Assembly (NCBI GenBank): GCA_963796285.1 | Contig: CAWCKW010000006.1 | Location: 1-64,000, forward strand | Direction of reading: 5' to 3' | Source of the DNA: Nitrospirota bacterium | GTDB taxonomy: Bacteria; Nitrospirota; UBA9217 | Length of the DNA: 64,000 nt | In this document: in pieces, positions 13,188 to 23,629 of the stretch | How positions within the stretch are numbered: the stretch's first letter is position 1 | How the letters are laid out: each line of letters starts with the position of its first letter | Made by a program: the position numbers and the translations under genes | Notes under the pieces: generated by a model | Database searches by the model: none | Told to the model about the DNA's origin: nothing | The model's input: the letters and a program-made list of their open reading frames with translations, nothing else

Positions 13188-14745
13188 TCATGCCGACTTC
13201 CGGTTCCTGACCTCAATCTCCTGACTCAAGCGTTTCCGTATCTCCTCCCGCGCGACCTCCCGATCATCAAAGTGCATTTTCTTCTCCCCGATGATCTGGT
13301 AATCTTCATGGCCCTTGCCGGCAAGCACAACCACATCACCAGGCCTCGCCAGAGCGATGGCAACGGCCACGGCTTCATGCCGGTCAGGTATGACGTAGTA
13401 TGGTTTTCTTCCGCGAGCGCGCTGTATCGCATCGTCCTGAGCTGCGATCTTGATGCCGCCTTCCACCAGTCCCTGTTCAATTTCGCGGATAATGCTCAAG
13501 GGCTCTTCGGTCCTCGGGTTGTCGGACGTGATGATCACGACATCGCTCCCCTTGATCGCGGCTGTACCCATTTTCGAACGCTTCGTCCTGTCCCGGTCGC
13601 CGCCGCAGCCGAAGACGGTGATGATCCGCTTTGCCGTGATCTCCCGCACTGCCTCAAGGAGCTTCGTGATCGCGTCTTCGGTATGGGCGTAGTCCACCAC
13701 CACGCCGTACGGTTGGCCTTCATCCACTTTCTCCATCCGGCCGGGCACGGCCTTCATGTTCCTGAGACCGCGTGCGATCTGGTCGCTGTTGATGCCAAGC
13801 GCCGTGCCGAGCCCGATCGCCAGCAGGATATTGTAGATATTGTGCCTGCCGACGAGCGGCGACTCGACAGGGATCGTTCCCGCGGGCGAGGCTGCGTCAA
13901 ACGTCAATCCATGGATGCCGTGGCGGATCGTTCCCGCCGGCCGCACGTTCGCAAGCTCTGAAAAACCGGTCGTGATGACCCGGGCGCGGGTCTTCCTGAC
14001 GATCTCGGCGCCGCGCGCGTCATCAATATTGACGACCGCCCAGGCCTCCGGGGATAGTCCAGTGAACAGCAGCAGCTTGGCCTGAAAGTAGGCATCCATG
14101 CTTTCATGAAAATCAAGGTGGTCCTGGGTAAGGTTCGTAAACCCCGCCGCTGCAAACTTGCATCCCGCGGTCCTGCCAAGCGTCAGTGCGTGCGACGAAA
14201 CCTCCATGACGCAGTGCTCCGCACCGAGCCCCACCATATCCGACAACAGCCGCTGCAGCTCGAGAGATTCGGGCGTGGTGTTCGGCGCGGGATACACCGC
14301 GTCGCCCACGCGGTAGTCGATCGTACCGATGAGGCCGGTCGTGTGCCCGGCGGCTTCGATGATGGATTTCAATCAAATAAGTGGTCGTGGTCTTGCCGTT
14401 CGTGCCCGTAATGCCGACGAGTTTAAGCCTCTGCGACGGATGGCCGAAGAACGCATTCGCCAGGAGGGCGAGCGCCCTGCGCGAGTCATCAACGATGATC
14501 AGCGGCGTGTCGGCAGGGACTGGCGGTCCCTCCTGTTTTTCAGCGACTATTGCCGTTGCGCCCTGCTGTATTGCCTGCGAAATAAACTGATGGCCGTCCG
14601 AGTGAAATCCCCGCACGGCCACGAACAGAGAGCCCGGCTTCACCTTCCGGGAATCATGGGCGATGTCTTGTACCTCCCGGTCCAACCAGCCCGGAGGAAG
14701 CGTTGTCCTGTTTTCCAGCGCGATCAGAAGGTCGCCGAGTTTCAT
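13188..14745 (-). CDS. murE: MurE ligase (frameshift near 14370)
   Basis: Motifs DSRKV, TGTNGKTTT, MEVSSH, DYAHT, DNPR and AGKGHE across two ORFs. DNPR indicates meso-DAP specificity. Confidence 0.95.
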
Positions 14746-16477
14746 CTTCCCACCAGGAGCATCCTGCCTCCCATGTCGTCCGGAGCCACCTGCAGGTACG
14801 CGAGGCTCTGTTCCGCCACCGCCTTGAAGACCGGCCCGGCCACGCTGCCGCCGTAGTGGACGGCGCCTTCCGGGGTGTCAACCATAACAAGGATCACGAG
14901 CTTCGGGGAGTTGGCCGGAACGAACCCAACGAAGGAGCTGACGTAATCCTTCTGCGAATACTTGCCGGTCCTCTGGTCGATCTTCTGCGCCGTGCCGGTC
15001 TTTCCCGCCGCTGTGTATCCCGCGGGCCGCGCCTTCTGGCCCGTGCCGGTCTCGACGACCCGCTGAAGCATCTTGTTCACCTTGGCGCAGGTCTCCTCGG
15101 TGATCACGCGGCCCACGGCCTGGGGCCGGAACTTTTTCCCTTCACCGCCGTCGTGGTCGACGATCTCCGAGACGATGTAGGGCTTCATGAGCATGCCGCC
15201 GTTTGCGAGAGCGCAGTACGCGGAGGCCATCTGGATCGGCGTTACCCCGATCTCCTGGCCGATGGCGATGGAGCCGATGGATACGCCGGACCAGAGATGC
15301 TGGTCCTTGAGCTGGCCGGGGATCTCTCCGGGGATGTCCACGCCGGTCTTCTTTCCGAAGCCGAAGGCGGTGATGTACTTGGCAAAGCGCTCCTTCCCGA
15401 GCCGCAGTGCCACCTGTGATGGTGCCGACGTTGCTTGACTCGGCGATCACGTCCGTGAAGGTCAGCACGCCGTTTTCGTGGGCGTCCTTGATCACCCGGT
15501 CGGCCAGATGAATTTCGCCTGCCGAGCAGTCGATCCGCTCGAGCGGATGCACAACCCGTTCCTCAAGCGCCGCTGAAGCAAGGAAGGGCTTGAAGATCGA
15601 ACCGGGCTCGAAGGCATCGGTCACCGCACGGTTCCGCCACTCGGCAGGTTTCGAGCGCTGAGGTTCATTGGGATTGAATGGCTGTTTGCCGTTTGCGGCC
15701 GACCGCACCGACAGGGCGAGCACTTCGCCCGTTTGCGGGTTCATGACCAGACAGACGCCGCCCTTTGCGCGCGAACTCGCGAGCGCCACGTCGAGCTCCT
15801 TCTCGGCGATATGCTGGATCACTTCGTCGATCGTGAGGAGGAGGTCATGGCCCGGCTTTGGCAGTTTGTACTGGAACCCCGGTCCGCCCGGGAAGACCGT
15901 TCTGCCCATGGCGTCCTTCTCCGCGATCACCCAGCCGTTCATGCCCCGGAGCGTTTTGTCGTAGGCGAGTTCCAGGCCCTCGAGGCCTTCGTTGTCCACA
16001 CCAAGAAATCCGAGCACAGGCCCGGCGAGGGTCTTTTTGGGATAGAATCGTTTGGCTTCGAGCCGGATCCCGATTTCCTTGTTGCCGAGCTCTCTGATCT
16101 TCTCGGCCCTTCCCGGCTCCACCTTTCGGCTGAGCCAGACAAACTGCTTGTTTCCCGCGAGCCGTTGTTCCAGACCGCGCCGGTCTTCCCGCAGGATCCG
16201 GGACAGCTGCAGCGCAACCTGGCGAGGATTGTCGATCCCTGACGGCACCCCGTAGACCGAATCCACATCGAGGCTCACGGCAAGCTCACGCCCCATGCGG
16301 TCGTAAATGGTGCCCCGCTTGGGATCGAGCTTCACGACGCGCTCCTGCTGCCGTTCGGCGCGGACGGAAAGCTCCGCCCGTTGATAGACCTGGAGGTACA
16401 CGAGCCTCAGTGCCACACAGCGCGAAGCCCATACCCATCAGGAGCAATACTGCGAGTATCCTCCCCCGTCTTTCCAT
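14742..16477 (-). CDS. ftsI: Penicillin-binding protein FtsI/PBP3 (frameshifts near 16410 and 15415)
   Basis: N-terminal TM helix, RGTIYDR, EPGSIFK (SxxK), SSN (SxN) and KTGTAQK. Confidence 0.94.
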
Positions 16478-16636
16478 CAATCGGCCGTCCTCACACCGTG
16501 TGTCCGTGTTCCGGCGAATGATTCCATTTGTGCCGGAACGGAAAAAACTTCAAATTTCAAGAAAGGGCTCCAAACAATATCCAAACTGCAAATCTTGCTT
16601 GTCCAGTCAGCGGTATTCGATCCTGGTTTTTGAGAT

Positions 16637-16996
16637 TTATTTCTCATTTGGGACCTGGATTTTGGAGGTTGTCCTATCCTTTTTCCGTTTCACCATCACG
16701 ACATTCTCCTTCGCCGGCCTGACCATACCCAGACGCTTGATCGCGATCTCCTCGATACGTGCCGGAGAGGAGAGACTCGACGCCTCGATCAGAAGCGACC
16801 GGTTCGCACGCTCAAGCTCACTCTTCTCGCGTTGAAGAACCTCGATCTGGTAGCCGAGTTGGACGATCTTCACCTTCCCGCCCACATACAGAAGCAGGCC
16901 GGAGATGATCAGGAGCGCGAAAAGAACCCGGCGAAAGTTGTCACGCCTGCTCCGCCCGAATACAAAAGAACCTATTTCACCTGATCGAGCATTCAT
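16637..16996 (-). CDS. ftsL: Cell division protein FtsL
   Basis: Single TM helix, coiled coil and LSSPARIEEIA..LGM. Lies between rsmH and ftsI. Confidence 0.88.
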   Translation of the reverse strand: MNARSGEIGSFVFGRSRRDNFRRVLFALLIISGLLLYVGGKVKIVQLGYQIEVLQREKSELERANRSLLIEASSLSSPARIEEIAIKRLGMVRPAKENVVMVKRKKDRTTSKIQVPNEK

Positions 16997-17102
16997 GCCC
17001 AAAAACTCCAAGATCCAAATCTCACATCTCAAACAAATTACAAATCATAAAATTTCAACGGGCGGACTTTTGTTTAAAGTGTGAAAATCAGAATCTTCCC
17101 GT

Positions 17103-18089
17103 TCATATCTTCTCCGCTGCCCTGAGCTTTGCGCTCCTCGACGCGGGGTTCTTTCTTTCCTCTTCCTCCCCAGGCACAATCGGCCTGGTGGTAAGGATCC
17201 TGAGGACCGGTTTCCTGCCGCAGGCACAGACCGGAAGTCGGGGCGGGCACACGCACCCTTTTGCCTCCTTCACAAAGGTCTGCTTCACCATCCGGTCTTC
17301 CAGGGAGTGGAACGTTATCACGGCGATCCTTCCGCCGGACTTCAGCATCGGGAGGATGCGATCAAGCCCTTCGCGGAGGGACCCCAGCTCATCGTTGACC
17401 GCGATCCTCAGGGCCTGAAACGTCAGCGTGGCGGGGTGAATGCGCCGTGGAGGGTAAGGGGGGAATACACTTGAAACGATCTCTGCAAGCTGAACCGTGC
17501 TCGTTATGGGTCCCCGGACCCTCGCTTTCTCAATTGCCCGAGCTATGGAGCCGGCCCTTCTCTCCTCCCCGTATTCACGCAGGATCTTCACGAGCTCTTC
17601 ATGGGGGAGTCTGTTTACCAGGTCGGCGGCAGTCAGCGGCCTGCTCATGTCCATGCGCATGTCGAGCGGGCCGTCCAGCATGAAGCTGAAGCCGCGCTCC
17701 GGGGTCTTGAGATGAAACCACGACATGCCGAGGTCGAGCAGGACCCCGTCGACAGCCTCATATCCCAGCCCGGAGAGGACCTCGGGCAGGTCACGGTAAT
17801 TTGCCCTCCTGATGATAACGCGATCGCCGTAAGAAGCGAGGTTTTTGCTGCACCGCTCCACCGCGTCCGCATCCTGGTCCATGCCGATCAACACGCCATC
17901 GGGCGCGGAGCGCTTCAGGATCTCCGATGCATGGCCGCCGGCCCCAAGCGTCCCGTCAACATACAGGCCGCCGGCTTTTGGCGCGAGCAAATCAACGGCC
18001 TCATGAAGCAGGACGGGAACGTGTGCCAATTGCGGATTTGGGATCTCGGATTGCGGATTATTATTTATCGAATGTTTTTTGTTTCTCAT
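17103..18089 (-). CDS. rsmH: 16S rRNA m4C1402 methyltransferase
   Basis: Motifs HVPVLL, DGTLGAGGH, PLDMRM, FQALRIAVN, FHSLEDR and SRSAKLR. Confidence 0.97.
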   Translation of the reverse strand: MRNKKHSINNNPQSEIPNPQLAHVPVLLHEAVDLLAPKAGGLYVDGTLGAGGHASEILKRSAPDGVLIGMDQDADAVERCSKNLASYGDRVIIRRANYRDLPEVLSGLGYEAVDGVLLDLGMSWFHLKTPERGFSFMLDGPLDMRMDMSRPLTAADLVNRLPHEELVKILREYGEERRAGSIARAIEKARVRGPITSTVQLAEIVSSVFPPYPPRRIHPATLTFQALRIAVNDELGSLREGLDRILPMLKSGGRIAVITFHSLEDRMVKQTFVKEAKGCVCPPRLPVCACGRKPVLRILTTRPIVPGEEEERKNPASRSAKLRAAEKI

Positions 18090-18119
18090 TCTGCAATCCG
18101 CAATCTAAAATCCGCAATT
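18028..18119. repeat. Inverted pair of heptamer arrays at the STAS/rsmH junction
   Basis: AATTGCG GATTTGG GATCTCG GATTGCG ... CATTCTG CAATCCG CAATCTA AAATCCG. Confidence 0.85.
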
Positions 18120-18121
18120 CT

Positions 18122-18481
18122 TCAGAGTCCCAGCGGCAGGTTCGTTTCGGGCTTACCGCCGCCAAAGCTCTTCGCCGCCAGCTGCGCCGTGTCAAAGACC
18201 TGAAATTTCTCGAGCACGCCGGTGGTGCGAAAGATGTTCTTGATGTAGTCCGACATCCCCGCGAGCCGGATATCGCCACCGAACGACTGCATCCGTTTCT
18301 GCTCTTCAACCAGCACCGAAAGGACCGTGAAATTGACATGCTCCACGGACTCGAAGTTCAGGATCAGGCCGTATATATCGCCCTTGATCAACTGGCCGAT
18401 GACGCGGTTGATCTCCGCCATCTTCGCCGAGTCGATCTCGCCTTCCAGGTTCATTTGAAATACTTTAAGTTTCGGCTCCAT
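18122..18481 (-). CDS. STAS-domain (anti-anti-sigma-like) protein
   Basis: 119 aa with the STAS-like pattern LEGEID...LILNFESVEHV...GGDIRLAG...IFRTTGV..F. Starts 1 nt after the mraZ stop. Confidence 0.8.
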   Translation of the reverse strand: MEPKLKVFQMNLEGEIDSAKMAEINRVIGQLIKGDIYGLILNFESVEHVNFTVLSVLVEEQKRMQSFGGDIRLAGMSDYIKNIFRTTGVLEKFQVFDTAQLAAKSFGGGKPETNLPLGL

Positions 18482-18482
18482 G

Positions 18483-18917
18483 CTATAAGCCCAATGCGGC
18501 GAGCGCCTCGCCGATCTTGTCGCCGTTCTGAGAATTTCGTGCCTCCCACGCCTTGGCGTCCCATATCTCTATTTTGTCGATGATCCCGACGAGCATCACG
18601 TTCTTCGCGATCCCCGCATGTTCACGAAGGGCCGGCGGTATCAGGACGCGTCCCTGCTTATCAAGTTCGCATTCCGTTGCAGAGGCGAGCAGGAACCGCA
18701 TGAAGTCCTTTACCTCTTTTTTCATAGTGGGAAGGTTCCTGATCTTGTCCTCAAGCTTTTCCCATTCCTCGAGCGGATAAACAGTGAGGCACTTATCATA
18801 GTCCATGGCGAGCACGAGCCTGCCGTCATAACGGTCCGCGATGATGTCGCGGAACCTCGACGGAACGCTCACCCTCCCCTTGGAATCAACCGTATGTTCA
18901 AAGCTGCCTCGAAACAT
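18483..18917 (-). CDS. mraZ: Transcriptional regulator MraZ
   Basis: MFRGSFEHTVDSKGRV and LDKQGRVLIP. Heads the dcw cluster. Confidence 0.97.
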   Translation of the reverse strand: MFRGSFEHTVDSKGRVSVPSRFRDIIADRYDGRLVLAMDYDKCLTVYPLEEWEKLEDKIRNLPTMKKEVKDFMRFLLASATECELDKQGRVLIPPALREHAGIAKNVMLVGIIDKIEIWDAKAWEARNSQNGDKIGEALAALGL

Positions 18918-18934
18918 TGGCCTCCCCGGTTCTA

Positions 18935-18959
18935 CCCACTGCTTCCCACTTTATACCAC
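18935..18959 (-). promoter_or_regulatory. MraZ autoregulatory binding boxes
   Basis: The minus strand reads GTGGTATAAA-GTGGGAAGCA-GTGGG: three GTGG(G) boxes at a 10-bp period just upstream of mraZ, matching known MraZ sites. Confidence 0.85.
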
Positions 18960-18970
18960 CTGCTGGGGAA

Positions 18971-18999
18971 AGTATATAATTCATGCGGGTCGATGTCAA
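18971..18999 (-). promoter_or_regulatory. Sigma70 promoter of the dcw operon
   Basis: TTGACA-17bp-TATACT on the minus strand. Confidence 0.8.
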
Positions 19000-19173
19000 G
19001 GAAAATATTAATATTTTGAGATGTTACAGGGTGGGTGGGATGCCGGGATAAAATCTGTTTTTCGCGTGACAACGGGGGATGAAAAAGGTACTATCAATCA
19101 CTGCGCAGCAGGAATCGGCTGCCAGGAGTTGACAAAAAATTTTGTGTCTATTCTGACCACTGACTCCTTCTAT

Positions 19174-19473
19174 ATGATGACCGAAAATTTCATTACCTTC
19201 GACGACGAGCACATCAAAAGGGAGAAGGCAAAAGCCCGTGAACTGCGCAATTCCCAGTGGTGGAAACGGAAGCGCTCTTCCGGTATCTGCTATTATTGCG
19301 GAGGCAAGTTCAAACCAACGGATTTGACCATGGACCATCTGATCCCGGTCGTGCGCGGCGGGAAGTCCGTGCAGGGGAACCTTGTGCCTGCCTGCAAAGA
19401 GTGCAATAGCAAAAAAAAATATCTTCTGCCAACTGAGTGGGAAGAGTATCTCGGCTCTCTCAATAAAGAATGA
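19174..19473 (+). CDS. Small HNH endonuclease family protein
   Basis: CYYC..MDHLIPVVRGGKS..NLVPACKECN. The likely start is MMTENF. Confidence 0.88.
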   Translation: MMTENFITFDDEHIKREKAKARELRNSQWWKRKRSSGICYYCGGKFKPTDLTMDHLIPVVRGGKSVQGNLVPACKECNSKKKYLLPTEWEEYLGSLNKE

Positions 19474-19615
19474 TCCAATCCCCGAACAACAATATACAAA
19501 CAGTGCGATTGCCTTTCTTGCATCTTCAGCATTATCATGATGACCAGGTCAAAACATACCGTTGTTGTTCTTCACTAACCAGGGATTCTGAAAAGAGCGC
19601 ATGTCCACCTAATCT

Positions 19616-21493
19616 CTAACGGGATCCCCTCTTCCTCTTTTCGAGCGCCACCATAAGGAGGGACAGCGCGGCCGGGGTAATACCGGAAATGCGCGATGCC
19701 TGGCCAAGCGAGACCGGCTGCACCTGCTTGAGCTTTTGCTTCACTTCGCTGCCAAGACCGGTCACTGCGTCAAAGTCCATGTCCGCGGGGATGCCCTTCT
19801 GTTCCAGTGATGCAAAGCGCTCCACCTGCTGGAGCTGGCGCTGGATATAGCCCTCGTACTTCACCTGGATCTCCACCTGTTCAGCTGCTGCTGCATCAAG
19901 CGGTGTGTCAGGCGGGCTGATCTTTTCAATATCCCCATATCCCAGCTCCGGTCGCTTAAGGAGCTGATCGAGCGATGCTTCTCCCGGAAGTTCCGTGGAG
20001 CTCTGTTGTGCCAGCACGGCATTGACCTCCGGAGTGGACTTGACCCAGGTTTTTTTAAGCCTCACAGTTTCACGCTCGATGCTTTCTTTTTTCTCAAGGA
20101 ATTGTTTGTGCACTTCCCCTGACACGAGGCCAAGCTCATATCCCTTGTCCCGGAGCCTCAGATCCGCGTTGTCCTCGCGGAGGAGGAGTCGATACTCTGC
20201 CCGGGAAGTGAACATGCGATAGGGTTCGTTCGTACCACGGGTCACAAGGTCATCGATCAACACGCCGATGTACGCCTCGGCGCGCGAGAGGATGAGCGAT
20301 TGGCGGTGCTGGATCTTGAGAGCGGCATTGATGCCGGCCATCAGTCCCTGGGCAGCGGCCTCCTCGTATCCCGATGTACCATTGATCTGTCCGGCAAAGT
20401 AGAGCCCGCTCAGCTTTTTTGTTTCGAGCGTATGTTGGATCTGGGTTGGAGGAGCAAAATCGTACTCGATGGCATAGGCAGGCCGCATGATCTCGACCTG
20501 CTCAAGTCCTGCGATGGAACGGTACATCTGGACCTGAACATCGTACGGCAGGCTCGTGGATACACCATTGGCGTAATATTCCTCGGTATCGAGCCCCTCG
20601 GGCTCAAGGAAAACCTGATGTCGTTCACGCTCCGAAAATCTTTTAACCTTATCTTCGATCGAGGGACAATAGCGTGGCCCGATGCCCTTGATCATTCCGG
20701 CATAAAGTGGGGAACGATCAAGGTTATTTATAATTATATCATGGGTTATGGTATTGGTATACGTGAGAAAACAGGGCATTTGTGGGAGCGGATGGCTTTT
20801 TTCAGTAAAAGAGAAGAATGGCGCCGGATCATCACCATGCTGCATTTTCATACGTGAAAAATCGATCGTTTTTCCGTTCAACCGCGCGGGTGTTCCGGTC
20901 TTGAGCCTTCCGATATCGAAGCCGAGTTCCCTCAAGCAATCCGAAAGTCCAAGAGACGGGAACTCCCCTGCCCTGCCCGAAGGATAATGCACCAGGCCGA
21001 TGTGGATCAGGCCCTTCAGGAACGTGCCTGTTGTCACGATCACCGCAGATGACAGGTAGTGCACACCGATTGTGGTCTCGACCCCGATGACCCTGTTGTC
21101 TTCAATGAGGAGCTTCTCGACTGTCCCCTGCTTCACATCCAGGTCCGGCTGCTTTTCAACCGCTTCCTTCATGGCGAGCCGGTACCGCTGCTTGTCGGCC
21201 TGGGCGCGCGTGCCGTGAACAGCCGGGCCCTTGCTCCGGTTCAGCGTGCGGAACTGGATACCTGTCCGGTCAATGATCTTCGCCATCTCGCCGCCAAGCG
21301 CGTCGATCTCCTTCACGAGGTGCCCCTTGGCCAGCCCGCCGATGGCAGGATTGCAGGACATGAGCGCGATGCTGTCGAGGTTCATGGTAAGCATAAGCGT
21401 GGAACAGCCCATGCGCGCGGAAGCGAGCGCGGCCTCGCACCCTGCATGGCCGGCCCCGATCACGATGACGTCGTATGTATTATTTAAAGACAT
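19616..21493 (-). CDS. mnmG: tRNA modification enzyme MnmG (GidA)
   Basis: Motifs GAGHAGCEA, SCNPAIGG, GPRYCPSIEDK, GQINGTSGYEEAAAQG and YRMFTSRAE. Confidence 0.98.
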   Translation of the reverse strand: MSLNNTYDVIVIGAGHAGCEAALASARMGCSTLMLTMNLDSIALMSCNPAIGGLAKGHLVKEIDALGGEMAKIIDRTGIQFRTLNRSKGPAVHGTRAQADKQRYRLAMKEAVEKQPDLDVKQGTVEKLLIEDNRVIGVETTIGVHYLSSAVIVTTGTFLKGLIHIGLVHYPSGRAGEFPSLGLSDCLRELGFDIGRLKTGTPARLNGKTIDFSRMKMQHGDDPAPFFSFTEKSHPLPQMPCFLTYTNTITHDIIINNLDRSPLYAGMIKGIGPRYCPSIEDKVKRFSERERHQVFLEPEGLDTEEYYANGVSTSLPYDVQVQMYRSIAGLEQVEIMRPAYAIEYDFAPPTQIQHTLETKKLSGLYFAGQINGTSGYEEAAAQGLMAGINAALKIQHRQSLILSRAEAYIGVLIDDLVTRGTNEPYRMFTSRAEYRLLLREDNADLRLRDKGYELGLVSGEVHKQFLEKKESIERETVRLKKTWVKSTPEVNAVLAQQSSTELPGEASLDQLLKRPELGYGDIEKISPPDTPLDAAAAEQVEIQVKYEGYIQRQLQQVERFASLEQKGIPADMDFDAVTGLGSEVKQKLKQVQPVSLGQASRISGITPAALSLLMVALEKRKRGSR

Positions 21494-21514
21494 GAATCAA
21501 CTCCAAACATTTTA

Positions 21515-21773
21515 ACCGCGGAGGCGTACCCTGCACTCGCGCTGAGCACTCGTTAACGCTGGGCACAGGCGGAGACACGGAGAAATGCATATTGAAATAA
21601 TTAGAGGCCGTATTTTTAATTGCCGTTTTCCTTAAGATCGTCATTCCTGCGAAGGCAGGAATCCAGTCTTTTCACAAGTCTCTGGATGCCGGATCAAGTC
21701 CGTTATGATGAAAAAGATAGTATAAATACAGACTCTCATTAGGATGTTCTCTGCGCCTTCGCGTCTCTGCGGT
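21515..21773. repeat. Composite repeat element at the mnmE/mnmG junction
   Basis: Nonamer inverted arms, a nested ~43-bp insert and an internal GTCATTCCTGCGAAGGCAGGAATCCAG repeat. Confidence 0.85.
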
Positions 21774-21818
21774 TAAATTCGATTTATTGAGAGATCATCA
21801 TGTATTCGTATTATCAAT

Positions 21819-23189
21819 CTACTTCCCGATGCAGAAATCATTAAAGATCCGCTCGAGGATGTCTTCCGTATACGTCGCGCCGATGATCAGCCCCAGACTG
21901 TCGAGCGCGCCCCGAAGGTCCAGGGCAATGAACTCCGGAGAGAGGCCGGACGTGATCGACTCAAGCGCTTTTTGCAAGCTTGCTTTCGTCTGCTCAAGCG
22001 CTGTTTTGTGCCGTTGGTTTACTGCCCAGACATGCTCCCTTGAGTTGATCGTCCCCTGCTTCACCTGGTCTGATATCGCGCGCTTCAGGCTATCAAGCCC
22101 CTCGCCGCTGCGGCACGATACGGAAACTTGTACCTGCGGCTCATTGAGCTGCTCAAGTTTTCTCGACAGGTCCGACTTGTTGATGATCGCGATCACGTGT
22201 TTGCCCTTGACCTCGTCCATCACGCGCTGGTCCTCTGCAGTAAGCGGCTGGGAACCATCGAGAACGAGAAGCACAATATCGGCGGACCCGATGGCCGCGA
22301 TGCTTCGGCGCACGCCCTCCTGCTCCACGACGTCATGGGAATGCCGGATGCCGGCGGTATCCAGAATTTTGAGCGGCACACCCGCGATGTTCAGATATTC
22401 TTCAAGAACGTCACGCGTCGTCCCCGGGACCTCGTTCACGATCGCCCGGTTTTGCTTCAAAAGCGCGTTTAACAGCGATGACTTGCCGACATTCGGCTTG
22501 CCCACGATGGCAGTCGCGAACCCGTCGCGGAGTATCCTGCCATAGGTGTAACCCGAAAGCAGAGATTCGACCCCGGCAAGCAAGAGGCCCACGTCGTCCG
22601 CGAGCGGCTGTCCCGTCCCGGTCTCAATATCCTCTTCAGGAAAATCGATCCCCGCCTCGACCGCGGCAATGAGCGACAGCATCCGGTCGCGCAGCGCGGC
22701 AATTTCTCCGGACAGGCCTCCGGACAGTTGTTCATTCGCCGCCCGAAGAGAGAGATCGGTCTTGGCACTGATGATGTCCATGACCGCCTCGGCCTGGGCT
22801 AGGTCAATCCTGCCGTTCAAAAAAGCGCGCTTCGTGAATTCACCCGGGTCCGCCTGCCTTGCCCCGGCCGCAACTAGCAGCCCCAGTGTACGCAAGAGCG
22901 GCATCATGCCGCCGTGGCAATTTATCTCGACCACATCTTCCCGGGTGTACGTTGCCGGCGCGTGCATCACGCTCACCAACGCTTCATCCACGTTCTCGCT
23001 CGAGGCAGGATCGAAAACATGGCCGTAGTGGAGTGCGTGTGAAGGGGCGATCATGAGGTCCTTATGCCTGTGCGGCCTGAATATTGTTGACGCGATCCCG
23101 ATCGCTGCACTGCCGCTGATCCGGATAATGCCGATCCCGCCCGCGCCCGGCGGTGTTGAGACAGCGCATATGGTGTCCTGGTCAGGCAT
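21819..23189 (-). CDS. mnmE: tRNA modification GTPase MnmE (TrmE)
   Basis: Motifs GEFTKRAFLNG, GKPNVGKSS, DTAG and NKSD; C-terminal FCIGK. Confidence 0.98.
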   Translation of the reverse strand: MPDQDTICAVSTPPGAGGIGIIRISGSAAIGIASTIFRPHRHKDLMIAPSHALHYGHVFDPASSENVDEALVSVMHAPATYTREDVVEINCHGGMMPLLRTLGLLVAAGARQADPGEFTKRAFLNGRIDLAQAEAVMDIISAKTDLSLRAANEQLSGGLSGEIAALRDRMLSLIAAVEAGIDFPEEDIETGTGQPLADDVGLLLAGVESLLSGYTYGRILRDGFATAIVGKPNVGKSSLLNALLKQNRAIVNEVPGTTRDVLEEYLNIAGVPLKILDTAGIRHSHDVVEQEGVRRSIAAIGSADIVLLVLDGSQPLTAEDQRVMDEVKGKHVIAIINKSDLSRKLEQLNEPQVQVSVSCRSGEGLDSLKRAISDQVKQGTINSREHVWAVNQRHKTALEQTKASLQKALESITSGLSPEFIALDLRGALDSLGLIIGATYTEDILERIFNDFCIGK

Positions 23190-23629
23190 GGCGGCATAGT
23201 ACCATAAACAGGGGAGGGGCGATAAGGAAATTTTGAACAGATGATGTAAGGCCCTTGATGATGCGGGGACTCAGGGTATCGCGTCGTCTATTATAAATAT
23301 GTACATCCGGAATATTTTTTATGATAAAATACACTCACTGCTAAGGCATTGTTAAAAATTCTGTGAAATCCGGAGAGGCAACGAATTAAACCACAGAGAT
23401 CACTGAGGAATGCTCGGGCAAAACCTGAACGCTGAGAATCTGATTTCTCAGTAAGATTCTCTGTTCCCTCTTAGGTTAAGAGATAAAAATAGAATCAAAT
23501 AGAGTTAGTAAGAAAAATATACCACGGGGGAGGAGGCCGCAGAGTCGTTTATTTCATATATTCACGATATTCTCTGTGCTCTCTGCGGTTAAATCTTGAC
23601 AATATGAATTCGCGGAAAAGGAAAAGATT

